Positions 15,501-29,214 are shown, counted from the stretch's first letter. The stretch: 64,000 bases of DNA from Nemertoderma westbladi (GCA_032718475.1 JAUCBJ010009036.1:1-64000); one strand, 5' to 3'. Made by a program: numbers and translations. The notes: a model not told the origin generated them from the sequence alone.

Positions 15501-18500
15501 AGCACTAGTAGGTACAGTTCCGTATAGCACTAGTAGGTACAGTTCCGTATAGCACTAGTAGGTACAGTTCCGTATAGCACTAGTAGGTACAGTTCCGTAT
15601 AGCACTACTAGGTACAGTTCCGTATAGCACTACTAGGTACAGTTCCGTATAGCACTAGTAGGTACAGTTCCGTATAGCACTAGTAGGTACAGTTCCGTAT
15701 AGCACTAGTAGGTACAGTTCCGTATAGCACTAGTAGGTACTGTTCCGTATAGCACTACTAGGTACAGTTCCGTATAGCACTAGTAGGTACAGTTCCGTAT
15801 AGCACTACTAGGTACAGTTCCGTATAGCACTAGTAGGTACAGTTCCGAATAGCACTAGTAGGTACAGTTCCGTATAGCACTAGTAGGTACAGTTCCGTAT
15901 AGCACTTGTAGGTACAGTTCCGTATAGCACTAGTAGGTACAGTTCCGTATAACACTAGTAGGTACAGTTCCGTATAGCACTAGTAGGTACAGTTCCGTAT
16001 AGCACTAGTAGGTACAGTTCCGTATAGCACTACTAGGTACAGTTCCGTATAGCACTTGTAGGTACAGTTCAGTATAGCACTAGTAGGTACAGTTCCGTAT
16101 AGCACTAGTAGGTACAGTTCCGAATAGCACTACTAGGTACAGTTCCGAATAGCACTACTAGGTACAGTTCCGTATAGCACTTGTAGGTTCAGTTCCGAAT
16201 AGCACTAGTACGTACAGTTCCGTATAGCACTAGTAGGTACAGTTCCGTATAGCACTAGTAGGTACAGTTCCGTATAGCACTAGTATGTACAGTTCCGTAT
16301 AGCACTACTAGGTACAGTTCCGTATAGCACTACTAGGTACAGTTCCGTATAGCACTAGTAGGTACAGTTCCGTATAGCACTAGTAGGTACAGTTCCGTAT
16401 AGCACTACTAGGTGCAGTTCCGTATAGCACTAGTAGGTACAGTTCCGTATAGCACTAGTAGGTACAGTTCCGTATAGCACTAGTAGGTACAGTTCCGTAT
16501 AGCACTTGTAGGTACAGTTCCGTATAGCACTAGTAGGTACAGTTCCGTATAGCACTAGTAGGTAATGATCCGTATAGCACTAGTAGGTACACTTCCGTAT
16601 AGCACTAGTAGGTACAGTTCCGTATAGCACTAGTAGGTACAGTTCCGTATAGCACTAGTAGGTACAGTTCCGTATAGCACTAGTAGGTACAGTTCCGTAT
16701 AGCACTAGTAGGTACGGTTCCGTATAGCACTAGTAGGTACAGTTCCGTATAGCACTAGTAGGTACAGTTCCGTATAGCACTTGTAGGTACAGTTCCGTAT
16801 AGCACTAGTAGGTACAGTTCCGTATAGCACTAGTAGGTAATGATCCGTATAGCACTAGTAGGTACAGTTCCGTATAGCACTACTAGGTACAGTTCCGCAT
16901 AGCACTAGTAGGTACAGTTCCGTATAGCACTAGTAGGTACAGTTCCGTATAGCACTTGTAGGTACAGTTCCGTATAGCACTAGTAGGTACAGTTCCGTAT
17001 AGCACTAGTAGGTACAGTTCCGTATAGCACTACTAGGTACAGTTCCGTATAGCACTAGTAGGTACAGTTCCGTATAGCACTAGTAGGTACACTTCCGTAT
17101 AGCACTAGTAGGTACAGTTCCGTATAGCACTAGTAGGTACAGTTCCGTATAGCACTACTAGGTACAGTTCCGTATAGCACTAGTAGGTACAGTTCCGTAT
17201 ATCACTAGTAGGTACAGTTCCGTATAGCACTAGTAGGTACAGTTCCGTATAGCACTAGTAGGTACAGTTCCGTATAGCACTAGTAGGTACAGTTCCGTAT
17301 AGCACTAGTAGGTACAGTTCCGTATAGCACTAGTAGGTACAGTTCCGTATAGCACTAGTAGGTACAGTTCCGTATAGCACTAGTAGGTACAGTTCCGTAT
17401 AGCACTACTAGGTACAGTTCCGTATAGCACTACTAGGTACAGTTCCGTATAGCACTAGTAGGTACAGTTCCGTATAGCACTAGTAGGTACAGTTCCGTAT
17501 AGCACTAGTAGGTACAGTTCCGTATAGCACTAGTAGGTACTGTTCCGTATAGCACTACTAGGTACAGTTCCGTATAGCACTAGTAGGTACAGTTCCGTAT
17601 AGCACTACTAGGTACAGTTCCGTATAGCACTAGTAGGTACAGTTCCGAATAGCACTAGTAGGTACAGTTCCGTATAGCACTAGTAGGTACAGTTCCGTAT
17701 AGCACTTGTAGGTACAGTTCCGTATAGCACTAGTAGGTACAGTTCCGTATAGCACTAGTAGGTACAGTTCCGTATAGCACTAGTAGGTACAGTTCCGTAT
17801 AGCACTAGTAGGTACAGTTCCGTATAGCACTACTAGGTACAGTTCCGTATAGCACTTGTAGGTACAGTTCAGTATAGCACTAGTAGGTACAGTTCCGTAT
17901 AGCACTAGTAGGTACAGTTCCGAATAGCACTACTAGGTACAGTTCCGAATAGCACTACTAGGTACAGTTCCGTATAGCACTTGTAGGTTCAGTTCCGAAT
18001 AGCACTAGTACGTACAGTTCCGTATAGCACTAGTAGGTACAGTTCCGTATAGCACTAGTAGGTACAGTTCCGTATAGCACTAGTATGTACAGTTCCGTAT
18101 AGCACTACTAGGTACAGTTCCGTATAGCACTACTAGGTACAGTTCCGTATAGCACTAGTAGGTACAGTTCCGTATAGCACTTGTAGGTACAGTTCCGTAT
18201 AGCACTAGTAGGTACAGTTCCGTATAGCACTACTAGGTACAGTTCCGTATAGCACTAGAAGGTACAGTTCCGCATAGCACTTGTAGGTTCAGCTCCGTAT
18301 AGCACTACTAGGTACAGTTCCGTATAGCACTAGTAGGTACAGTTCCGTATAGCACTACTAGGTGCAGTTCCGTATAGCACTAGTAGGTACAGTTCCGTAT
18401 AGCACTACTAGGTATAGTTCCGTATAGCACTAGAAGGTACAGTTCCGTATAGCACTTGTAGGTTCAGTTCCGTATAGCACTACTAGGTACAGTTCCGTAT

Positions 18501-21500
18501 AGCACTAGTAGGTACAGTTCCGTATAGCACTAGTAGGTACAGTTCCGTATAGCACTAGTAGGTACAGTTCCGTATAGCACTAGTAGGTACAGTTCCGTAT
18601 AGCACTAGTAGGTACAGTTCCGTATAGCACTAGTAGGTACAGTTCCGTATAGCACTAGTAGGTACGGTTCCGTATAGCACTAGTAGGTACAGTTCCGTAT
18701 AGCACTAGTAGGTACTGTTCCGTATAGCACTTGTAGGTACAGTTCCGTATAGCACTAGTAGGTACAGTTCCGTATAGCACTAGTAGGTAATGATCCGTAT
18801 AGCACTAGTAGGTACAGTTCCGTATAGCACTACTAGGTACAGTTCCGTATAGCACTAGTAGGTACAGTTCCGTATAGCACTAGTAGGTACAGTTCCGTAT
18901 AGCACTTGTAGGTACAGTTCCGTATAGCACTAGTAGGTACAGTTCCGTATAGCACTAGTAGGTACAGTTCCGTATAGCACTACTAGGTACAGTTCCGTAT
19001 AGCACTAGTAGGTACAGTTCCGTATAGCACTAGTAGGTACACTTCCGTATAGCACTAGTAGGTACAGTTCCGTATAGCACTAGTAGGTACAGTTCCGTAT
19101 AGCACTACTAGGTACAGTTCCGTATAGCACTAGTAGGTACAGTTCCGTATAGCACTAGTAGGTACAGTTCCGTATAGCACTAGTAGGTACAGTTCCGTAT
19201 AGCACTAGTAGGTACAGTTCCGTATAGCACTAGTAGGTACAGTTCCGTATAGCACTAGTAGGTACAGTTCCGTATAGCACTAGTAGGTACAGTTCCGTAT
19301 AGCACTAGTAGGTACAGTTCCGTATAGCACTAGTAGGTACAGTTCCGTATAGCACTACTAGGTACAGTTCCGTATAGCACTACTAGGTACAGTTCCGTAT
19401 AGCACTAGTAGGTACAGTTCCGTATAGCACTAGTAGGTACAGTTCCGTATAGCACTAGTAGGTACAGTTCCGTATAGCACTAGTAGGTACTGTTCCGTAT
19501 AGCACTACTAGGTACAGTTCCGTATAGCACTAGTAGGTACAGTTCCGTATAGCACTACTAGGTACAGTTCCGTATAGCACTAGTAGGTACAGTTCCGAAT
19601 AGCACTAGTAGGTACAGTTCCGTATAGCACTAGTAGGTACAGTTCCGTATAGCACTTGTAGGTACAGTTCCGTATAGCACTAGTAGGTACAGTTCCGTAT
19701 AGCACTAGTAGGTACAGTTCCGTATAGCACTAGTAGGTACAGTTCCGTATAGCACTAGTAGGTACAGTTCCGTATAGCACTACTAGGTACAGTTCCGTAT
19801 AGCACTTGTAGGTACAGTTCAGTATAGCACTAGTAGGTACAGTTCAGTATAGCACTAGTAGGTACAGTTCCGAATAGCACTACTAGGTACAGTTCCGAAT
19901 AGCACTACTAGGTACAGTTCCGTATAGCACTTGTAGGTTCAGTTCCGTATAGCACTAGTACGTACAGTTCCGTATAGCACTAGTAGGTACAGTTCCGTAT
20001 AGCACTAGTAGGTACAGTTCCGTATAGCACTAGTATGTACAGTTCCGTATAGCACTACTAGGTACAGTTCCGTATAGCACTACTAGGTACAGTTCCGTAT
20101 AGCACTAGTAGGTACAGTTCCGTATAGCACTTGTAGGTACAGTTCCGTATAGCACTAGTAGGTACAGTTCCGTATAGCACTACTAGGTACAGTTCCGTAT
20201 AGCACTTGTAGGTTCAGTTCCGTATAGCACTACTAGGTACAGTTCCGTATAGCACTAGTAGGTACAGTTCCGTATAGCACTACTAGGTGCAGTTCCGTAT
20301 AGCACTAGTAGGTACAGTTCCGTATAGCACTACTAGGTATAGTTCCGTATAGCACTAGAAGGTACAGTTCCGTATAGCACTTGTAGGTTCAGTTCCGTAT
20401 AGCACTACTAGGTACAGTTCCGTATAGCACTAGTAGGTACAGTTCCGTATAGCACTACTAGGTGCAGTTCCGTATAGCACTTGTAGGTACAGTTCTGTAT
20501 AGCACTAGTTGGTACAGTTCCGTATAGCACTACTAGGTGCAGTTCCGTATAGCACTAGTAGGTACAGTTCCGTATAGCACTACTAGGTGCAGTTCCGTAT
20601 AGCACTAGTAGGTACAGTTCCGTATAGCACTAGTAGGTACAGTTCCGTATAGCACTACTAGGTACAGTTCCGTATAGCACTAGTAGGTACAGTTCCGTAT
20701 AGCACTAGTTCGTACAGTTCCGTATAGCACTAGTAGGTACAGTTCCGTATAGCACTAGTAGGTACAGTTCCGTATAGCACTAGTAGGTACAGTTCCGTAT
20801 AGCACTACTAGGTACAGTTCCGTATAGCACTAGTAGGTACAGTTCCGTATAGCACTAGTAGGTACAGTTCCGTATAGCACTAGTACGTACAGTTACGTAT
20901 AGCACTAGTAGGTACAGTTCCGTATAGCACTAGTAGGTACAGTTCCGTATAGCACTACTAGGTACAGTTCCGTATAGCACTAGTAGGTACAGTTCCGTAT
21001 AGCACTAGTAGGTACAGTTCCGTATAGCACTAGTAGGTACAGTTCCGTATAGCACTACTAGGTACAGTTCCGTATAGCACTAGTAGGTACAGTTCCGTAT
21101 AGCACTAGTAGGTACAGTTCCGTATAGCACTAGTAGGTGCAGTTCCGTATAGCACTAGTAGGTACAGTTCCGTATAGCACTAGTAGGTACAGTTCCGTAT
21201 AGCACTAGTAGGTACAGTTCCGTATAGCACTAGTATGTACAGTTCCGTATAGCACTACTAGGTACAGTTCCGTATAGCACTACTAGGTACAGTTCCGTAT
21301 AGCACTAGTAGGTACAGTTCCGTATAGCACTTGTAGGTACAGTTCCGTATAGCACTAGTAGGTACAGTTCCGTATAGCACTACTAGGTACAGTTCCGTTA
21401 GGCACTTGTAGGTTCAGTTCCGTATAGCACTACTAGGTACAGTTCCGTATAGCACTAGTAGGTACAGTTCCGTATAGCACTACTAGGTATAGTTCCGTAT

Positions 21501-22368
21501 AGCACTAGAAGGTACAGTTCCGTATAGCACTTGTAGGTTCAGTTCCGTATAGCACTACTAGGTACAGTTCCGTATAGCACTAGTAGGTACAGTTCCGTAT
21601 AGCACTACTAGGTGCAGTTCCGTATAGCACTTGTAGGTACAGTTCTGTATAGCACTAGTTGGTACAGTTCCGTATAGCACTACTAGGTGCAGTTCCGTAT
21701 AGCACTAGTAGGTACAGTTCCGTATAGCACTACTAGGTGCAGTTCCGTATAGCACTAGTAGGTACAGTTCCGTATAGCACTAGTAGGTACAGTTCCGTAT
21801 AGCACTACTAGGTACAGTTCCGTATAGCACTAGTAGGTACAGTTCCGTATAGCACTAGTTCGTACAGTTCCGTATAGCACTAGTAGGTACAGTTCCGTAT
21901 AGCACTAGTAGGTACAGTTCCGTATAGCACTAGTAGGTACAGTTCCGTATAGCACTACTAGGTACAGTTCCGTATAGCACTAGTAGGTACAGTTCCGTAT
22001 AGCACTAGTAGGTACAGTTCCGTATAGCACTAGTACGTACAGTTACGTATAGCACTAGTAGGTACAGTTCCGTATAGCACTAGTAGGTACAGTTCCGTAT
22101 AGCACTACTAGGTACAGTTCCGTATAGCACTAGTAGGTACAGTTCCGTATAGCACTAGTAGGTACAGTTCCGTATAGCACTAGTAGGTACAGTTCCGTAT
22201 AGCACTACTAGGTACAGTTCCGTATAGCACTAGTAGGTACAGTTCCGTATAGCACTAGTAGGTACAGTTCCGTATAGCACTAGTAGGTGCAGTTCCGTAT
22301 AGCACTAGTAGGTACAGTTCCGTATAGCACTAGTAGGTACAGTTCCGTATAGCACTAGAAGGTACAGT
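586..22368. repeat. Satellite array, 25-bp monomer AGTTCCGTATAGCACTAGTAGGTAC, roughly 870 copies
   Basis: Exact 25-bp periodicity read directly (two units per 50 nt). Nearly invariant at ~4450-6650 and variant-rich beyond ~6900. No unique spacers. Confidence 0.99.
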
Positions 22369-22952
22369 ACTAGTTAATTTAACAATAGCTAGTAAATTAA
22401 AAAAAATTTATTTTTAAATTAATTTCAGAATTTCTTATTTTTTTAATTTTATTAACAAAAAAACATTTAAATTTTTTTTTAAATAGCTAGTATTTTGAAA
22501 AATAGTAGCCACCAAAAATATTATGTTGGATGAATGTAGACTATGTTCTACAACATTATATATGAAAATAATGTGTACTTTAGCTAATTAGTGGAAAACA
22601 ATTGGATGGGGGTGTCGACATGGCGAACTATAGTCGAGTCAATCTAGCAAAAAACCCATAAGTATTTCGCAATCAATCCGAACCAAATATTTTGGATTCT
22701 ATATTAACTTGTTAATGATCAAAAAAGTCTATAAAATGTTATTTTGCGAATCATATGTTTATTCATGGAAATTTTGCGTAAATTTGCATAAAACAAGCCA
22801 AACAAAAGGAACAGTAGGGAAGAGTGAGTAGCAAATTGGTGATGTTCCAGAATAATTTAACGAATTTCACAATAAGCTGTATAATTTACATGGGAAATTA
22901 GTAATATTTACACTGGCGTGTTACACATTAATTACTAAATCTCGGTAACAGT

Positions 22953-23455
22953 TCGACAATTTTTCTTACTGCTGGCCTGGCCGGATTTTTTTATTTCAGG
23001 GCTTTTTCGATACAACAAGCCGTTAAAATCGTCTATTTCGCGATATTTAGCCACCGCCGCCGGCTTTATTTTTCGTCTTTGGAATGTAATCTAGATATCA
23101 TTAGAACCGCCTTCTTATGTAGATTCAGAATTAGAAAACCGTTTAAATTTCACCAAGAACTTCCGGAGATATTATCAAAATACTAAGGTGTAAATTTATG
23201 TGACGTAAATTGCTATAATTCTAACGTTTTTTTACTCAAAATTCTAGAATATTAATTATGCGTAAAGATTCGGAATCTGCAGACGAAGGCGCTTCGAATG
23301 ATATCTAGATTCCATTTCAAAGACGTAAAATAAAGTCTACGGAGGTGGTTAAACATTGCTAAATAGATATTTTTTTAAGGGCTTGTTGTATGGAAATAGC
23401 TGAGAAATTGAAAATTCCGGCCACCAGGCCACCACCAGTGAGAAAATGTGTCGAT
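22953..23455. repeat. Diverged inverted repeat (MITE/foldback remnant), arms ~22953-23135 and ~23265-23455
   Basis: Arms are reverse complements, e.g. CGTCTTTGGAATGTAATCTAGATATCATT vs AATGATATCTAGATTCCATTTCAAAGACG, and ATACAACAAGCC vs GGCTTGTTGTAT. Confidence 0.7.
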
Positions 23456-24120
23456 CTATCATCATACCAAATTTCGTAGCATTTTATCGAAATTTAAAAA
23501 AAAAAGGGGGGGGGGGGGGGGGGCTCCGACTTCTAAAAATGGTTGTTGTATTATAGTCAAGTAGACAGTGGCGACCACCGTTCAAATTGGGTATGACTGC
23601 AGTTTTTTGCTGAAAGTGTTAAGCCATTTGAAATTATGTTATATTTTACATAGTCCGCATTGAGCAATTTTTTCTAGAACACTATTTATCTTAACGACAG
23701 ATGTTTTACATAGCAACAATAATGAATTAACACGCAGGGGTATATTTATATATTTAGACACTGGCCAATCATAAATAAGGAGAAACTAAGCTCGAGAAAA
23801 TAAAAATTTAAGGAATAAGTATCATGTTTACAGTTAGGAGTTACAAATTGTGTAACATTGCAGTGTTCTGGCAAACACCGTTACAGGCAGTAGTGAACTT
23901 TGAACTTATCAAGGGTGATGATGTGTATCAAAAATTTCACGATATATTAAGGCAAATGTTGTAAAAATTATACAATTCCCCTGCAAGGAAATTTCATAAT
24001 TTCCATTAATATTAGCGAAGATTATTCACATACCGTATTAAAATTGTGATTGATCTATTGATTTTAGGTGGAATTTATATATTGAAATTGTTATCTTTAT
24101 TTACCCAACGGGTAGTATAA

Positions 24121-24565
24121 AATAATTAATAATAATAATAATAATACTAAAATGATTAGAGTAAGAAATAATTAAGATAAATTAAGTGACGAGTCTTGTA
24201 AGGACTGCAAGTGGAAAGCGAGACGCAGATGGGATAGATCGTCCGGTAGAAGGCTGCATTGTAACGGGTGTAGAATATCTGTGGCGGGCGCGCCACAAAA
24301 CCGACAGTGGCCGGAGTCAGAAGGCCTCCAACAAGAGCTAATCGAACACGTTTATGGTGGAAACCATTGGACAAAATTTGTGCACAAACTAGTCGCCGCC
24401 TTTTTGATAAATAGGAGAGATTGATAGTGGAATGTTCTGGTTGGTCTATAGCATTAAGGATCAGAGTCGTTGAGGCAAACTTGTTAATCCCGCACCAAAT
24501 TTTAAAATATAAGCCACGGGTCTTTCTTACATGGGGTAATGCGATTAACTGGTCTCTAGTGAGGT
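24121..24565 (-). mobile_element. Possible decayed 3' fragment of a non-LTR retrotransposon
   Basis: Minus-strand open frame (..RRRLVCAQILSNGFHHKR..) shifts into SDSGHCRFCGAPATDILHPLQC, a C-X2-C-X8-H-X3-C motif like LINE ORF2 C-termini. An (ATT)n tail follows on the same strand at ~24121-24146. Confidence 0.4.
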
Positions 24566-25002
24566 AAACGAAGGTTGAATTAATTTATTTGTTTTAGTTT
24601 AAAACCCACAATAGTTGATATTAGAACAAATAATTTTTTTGGTGATAAGAGTTTTTGAGTTCTATAAATCCGAAGGGCGTGGTTACATCCACCCGTTTAG
24701 TAAAGAAGGCGTATAAATAAGCTCCCGGTATTGTACCAGTAAATTTGGTATTAAAAATGGTTAAAAGATTAAACAAATTTCCGTTGGTAATTATCTAGAA
24801 GTGCATACTTCAGTCAATCGATAGTCATTAGAGTAAAGTTTGTCTGTGCCACATTTGGAGAAAATTGCACCAATAGACCCCTTGTTGCTATGTAAAATCC
24901 ATGTTGCTAAGGAAAGAAACAGCAAATTGAAAGTGATCCGCATAATAATATTTTTTATAGACTTTTTGGGGGTATTAACAAGGTAATGTAGAATAAAAAA
25001 AA

Positions 25003-25419
25003 TTGGTTTGGATGAATTGCGAATTTGTTATGGGCTACCCCCTTTTTTTGGCTAGATTGACTCGCCTACAACTAGTACCACCATACGATATTTTAAATGA
25101 TATTTACAGCTGTGGACCTAATTTTGTAATGTTGGAAGAAGATGGTATCTTATCAGAAGAAGGCGTAACATTCTGTTCGAGTTTATTGGAAATGGATCCC
25201 AGATTTCGACTCGGTACCAAGGGAGACTTTGAGGAAATAAAAGAACACATGTTCTTTACATCTTCATCAATTGACTTTGAGAGACTTTTGAAGAAAGGTA
25301 TTGATCCTCCTTATATTCCCGGTAAGAAGAAACAAAGAACTTATGTCATGACTCATTGTCTTAATTCACAATGTGTTCGACCTTCATCGGATGAATATGA
25401 AGTCGCAGAAATTGATTAA
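25003..25419 (+). pseudogene. AGC-family Ser/Thr kinase C-terminal fragment (orphan terminal exon or pseudogene)
   Basis: EFVMGYPLF resembles the end of subdomain IX; LLEMDPRFRLG is subdomain XI; IKEHMFF...IDFERLLKKGIDPPYIP is the AGC C-tail PxxP segment. No HRD/DFG/APE motifs seen nearby. Possible acceptor TTACAG ends at 25109. Confidence 0.7.
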
Positions 25420-25683
25420 AGTAGTTAGTTTATTGAACGAATAATTTACAGATTTATAGGATATGGTAAAGTACTAAATTGCATGAAATAACTATAAATA
25501 TTCAGTCCATCACATAAAGTAGTTATTTAATTACTTAGTTCGATAAAAAAGCAATCACATTAATTAATTTATTCAGTGAAATATAAAATACCGGTAAAAA
25601 AAAAAATGTAATTATAATAAGATAAGATAAAATATAAGAAATAAGGTAATTGTAATAAGATACAGTTTCACTTCACAGCAACT

Positions 25684-27288
25684 CAGAACCATTATAGAAC
25701 TATTACAGAACCATTACAGAACTATTATAGAACCATTACAGAACCATTACAGAACCATTATATAACCATTATACAGAACCATTACAGAACCATTACAGAA
25801 CTATTATAGAACCATTACAGAACCATTACAGAACCATTATAGAACCATTACACAACCATTGCAGAACAGAACCATTATAGAACCATTACAGAACCATTAT
25901 AGAACCATTGCAGAACCATTACAGAACTATTATTGAACCATTATACAGAACCATTACAGAACCATTACAGAACCATTGCAGAACAGAACCATTACAGAAC
26001 CATTATAGAACCATTACACAACCATTGCAGAACAGAACCATTATAGAACCATTACAGAACCATTATAGTACCATTGCAGAACCATAACAGAACTATTATA
26101 GAACCATTACAGAACCATTACAGAACTATTATATAACAATTACAGAACCATTACAGAACTATTATAGAACCATTACAGAACCATTACAGAACCATTATAG
26201 AACCATTGCAGAACCATTACAGAACCATTGCAGAACCATTACAGAACCATTATAGAACCATTGCAGAACCATTATACAGAACCATTACAACACCATTATA
26301 GAACCATTACAGAACCATTGCAGAACCATTGAAGAACCATTACAGAACCATTGCAGAACCATTACAGAACCATTATAGAACCATTGCAGAACCATTATAC
26401 AAAACCATTACAGAACCATTACAGAACCATTATAGAACCATTACAGAACCATTGCAGAACAGAACCATTATAGAACCATTACAGAACCATTGCAGAACCA
26501 TTGCAGAACCATTACAGAACCATCGCAGAACCATTACAGAACCATTATAGAACCATTGCAGAACCATTATACAGAACCATTACAGAACCATTATAGAACC
26601 ATTACAGAACCATTGCAGAACCATTATATAACCATTATACAGAACCATTACAGAACCATTGCAGAACAGAACCATTATAGAACCATTACAGAACCATTAC
26701 AGAACCATTGCAGAACAGAACCATTATACAGAACCATTACAGAACAGAACCATTATAGAACCATTGCAGAACCATTACAGAACCATTGCAGAACAGAACC
26801 ATTATAGAACCATTGCAGAACCATTACAGAACCATCGCAGAACCATTACAGAACCATTATAGAACCATTGCAGAACCATTATACAGAACCATTACAGAAC
26901 CATTACAGAACCATTATAGAACCATTACAGAACCATTGCAGAACCATTATATAACATTATACAGAACCATTACAGAACCATTACAGAACCATTGCAGAAC
27001 AGAACCATTATAGAACCATTACAGAACCATTGCAGAACAGAACCATTATACAGAACCATTACAGAATCATTACAGAACCATTGCAGAACAGAACCATTAT
27101 AGAACCATTGCAGAACCATTACAGAACAGAACCATTACAGAACCATTATATAACATTATACAGAACCATTACAGAACCATTACAGAACCATTGCAGAACA
27201 GAACCATTATAGAACCATTACAGAACCATTACAGAACCATATAGAACCATTGCAGAACCATTACAGAACCATCGCAGAACCATTACAG
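25684..27288. repeat. Minisatellite, 11-bp monomer AGAACCATT(AC/AT/GC), ~1.6 kb
   Basis: Direct reading. The 11-aa periodic translation EPLQNHYRTIT corresponds to 3 x 11 bp. Occasional 13-bp and 16-bp variant units. Confidence 0.97.
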
Positions 27289-27523
27289 ACACAAATCGGA
27301 ACATTAATTTAATGAATATAGTCATGATTTAAGTCACACAAGAATAAATAATTAAAGAAAATACGCCAATAGTCCTATAAGTTAAATTAGTCATTAAATA
27401 TGTTAAAATCTAACAGTGAGTTTATAAATAATTAGGTAGGACATATCTGACCAGAGAAAAATAAATCGGTGTAAAAAAAACAGAAGATAAATATATATGG
27501 AGGACGAATTAAATTGTGAATGG

Positions 27524-27583
27524 CAATGTGGACGTTGTCGTCATTGTGGACGTTGTCGTCAATGTGGACGTTGTCGTCATTGT
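27524..27583. repeat. Short tandem repeat, 18 bp x ~3.3 (CAWTGTGGACGTTGTCGT)
   Basis: Direct reading. Sits at the 3' end of the adjacent minus-strand LINE fragment. Confidence 0.85.
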
Positions 27584-27589
27584 TCTAAA

Positions 27590-28215
27590 ATTTAGAGACA
27601 ATTGCGTATGAATGGAATGGAGTCGTAGTTCTGAACATCGGAAAATGAGGTTAGGATGTGTTGGCCATCGTGTGGGTTACAGGTTTTAGGACAAACTGAG
27701 TTCACGTGAGGTTCTGTATGTGTTAGTCCACATGGCCACATCCGTTCGCTACGTTCAGTACGAGTCCATCACCCTAACCCCACTGCCAAGTTCGTCGACG
27801 TCAGTCGGAATCTCGACCATGATATTCTGTGAAGTTCGTTATAGTCAGTGATTTGTCTGTAATTGTCTAGGGATATGAGCTCATGGTTCATAGAATAATA
27901 TGGTTAACGTCGAGTGGCTGTGCCGAATGTGTCGAATTGAGTTATTAGTATCGGTGCGATTAGTATCAATGGAGTCTACTGTGTCAGTTAGTCTTTTGTC
28001 TATCATCCTTGCATTCTAGTTTTTGCTCGCCGGCAGAGTTTTACTATATGGCACAGGGGTTCGTGTAAATCTTCGTTTTTTTGCATTGCATGTAAAAAAT
28101 GTCGCTGCCTCTCCATTATGAAACAGGTTGTGTTAAACTCCCCACTTTCTATATAAATTACATTACGGAAGTATTTTGTCTCACACCAAGGGCAGCACAT
28201 AACATGTAGTTACTG
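27590..28215 (-). mobile_element. Decayed non-LTR retrotransposon ORF2 3' fragment (CR1/L2-group-like)
   Basis: Frameshifted translation gives ALGVRQNTS/NVIYIESG and HRISWSRFRLTSTNLAVGLG*WTRTERSERMWPCGLTHTEPHVNSVCPKT. This matches the R-x-S-x-H-x-L-x-V-E-x-G-R-W...C-x-C...E-x-H-x4-C C-terminal signature of LINE ORF2. Confidence 0.8.
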
Positions 28216-29099
28216 TATATTTATTAATAATGCATGTAGGTCCCCCCCCCCCCCCCCTCCCAGCCAGGTTCCACAGCTATAAAATATAGCAGCGGTAAGG
28301 GCAGCACCAAATACCTATAGTTCCAGGCTGATAGGCATTAGATAATGTCGGTTTAAGAAACCAAAATATTTCATTACGTGTTTATATTTTTCACGGATAT
28401 GGTATTCGTACACGGACTCCCAACGTCCGTCCTGGTAGATAGGGGCACCTCACCTATTAAACATAGTAAGGGGGCTTTCATAATTTCCTATTATATTCAC
28501 CCTGGAATGTCTGAATGTCATAAAGAGCTGCTGTTTTATTATCATAAAGAGCAAGCGATGCCGGTTGACTGGATAAAAACGCGCATGCAACATAAAGTTA
28601 TATATAGAGTAATATAAAGTCATTTATTACATTTAGTGTAAAATAAAGTGGCGCATTTTAAGTGGCCCATCCCGTAGAATATTCTACACAATATTACAAT
28701 CAAACACATTATGTTGACTAATTTTTGCAGTAATAATGGCAACATCGATAATTCTAGAACATAATTCTTACCCTAACAACTCGTTTCCCTTTTTTCGGCT
28801 GTTAAAAACAAATTATTTTATAATTAAATAAATTCCAATTGAACTTCCGTTACGGCGAATCGTAAATCCTATAGGAATGAGTTAGTGGATAGCGGAGTAA
28901 TCTGTACCAGAACTAATAATAATAGTAGAAGTAAAAAGGAAGCTGTAATTATTGAGTTACTCAATAACACACAGGTCGATACTGAAAGTATTTATAACAT
29001 AAGGGTATTATATATCCTGAGAAGTTAAATTTACAAAATCTATTTTTTGTGGTTTGTAAATCTGAAATCTGAAACAAGTTAAGATAAATCAATAAATAC

Positions 29100-29214
29100 C
29101 TGCAGATCTTTCCTTAACGTTCTGTTGTCGCCCTCCAGTCTGTGATTGGCGTCACTCAGCCGTTTTATCGTGAGATTAAGAGCTCTTGTCTTTCCTGCTA
29201 TTTCTCCATTTGAC
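29100..29214 (-). CDS. IQCE: IQCE-like gene, coding exon 4 (115 bp, phase 2 to 0)
   Basis: ATTTAG|G acceptor completes the AG+G Arg codon from exon 3. SNGEIAGKTRALNLTIKRLSDANHRLEGDNRTLRKDLQ is a coiled coil parallel to IQCE LTEENQSLKEDLD. CAG|GTATTT donor. Confidence 0.82.

Noticed and set aside
586-22368. CRISPR array
   Set aside because: Head-to-tail monomers with no unique spacers, no cas genes, eukaryotic context.
25656-25668. ATAAGATACAGTT occurring at the start of the 25-bp array (590) and just before the 11-bp array as a common seed
   Set aside because: A single 13-bp AT-rich match with no further homology; could be chance.
26329-27212. EPLQNHYRTIT-repeat proteins
   Set aside because: Translations of an 11-bp minisatellite, with frequent stops and non-ATG starts.
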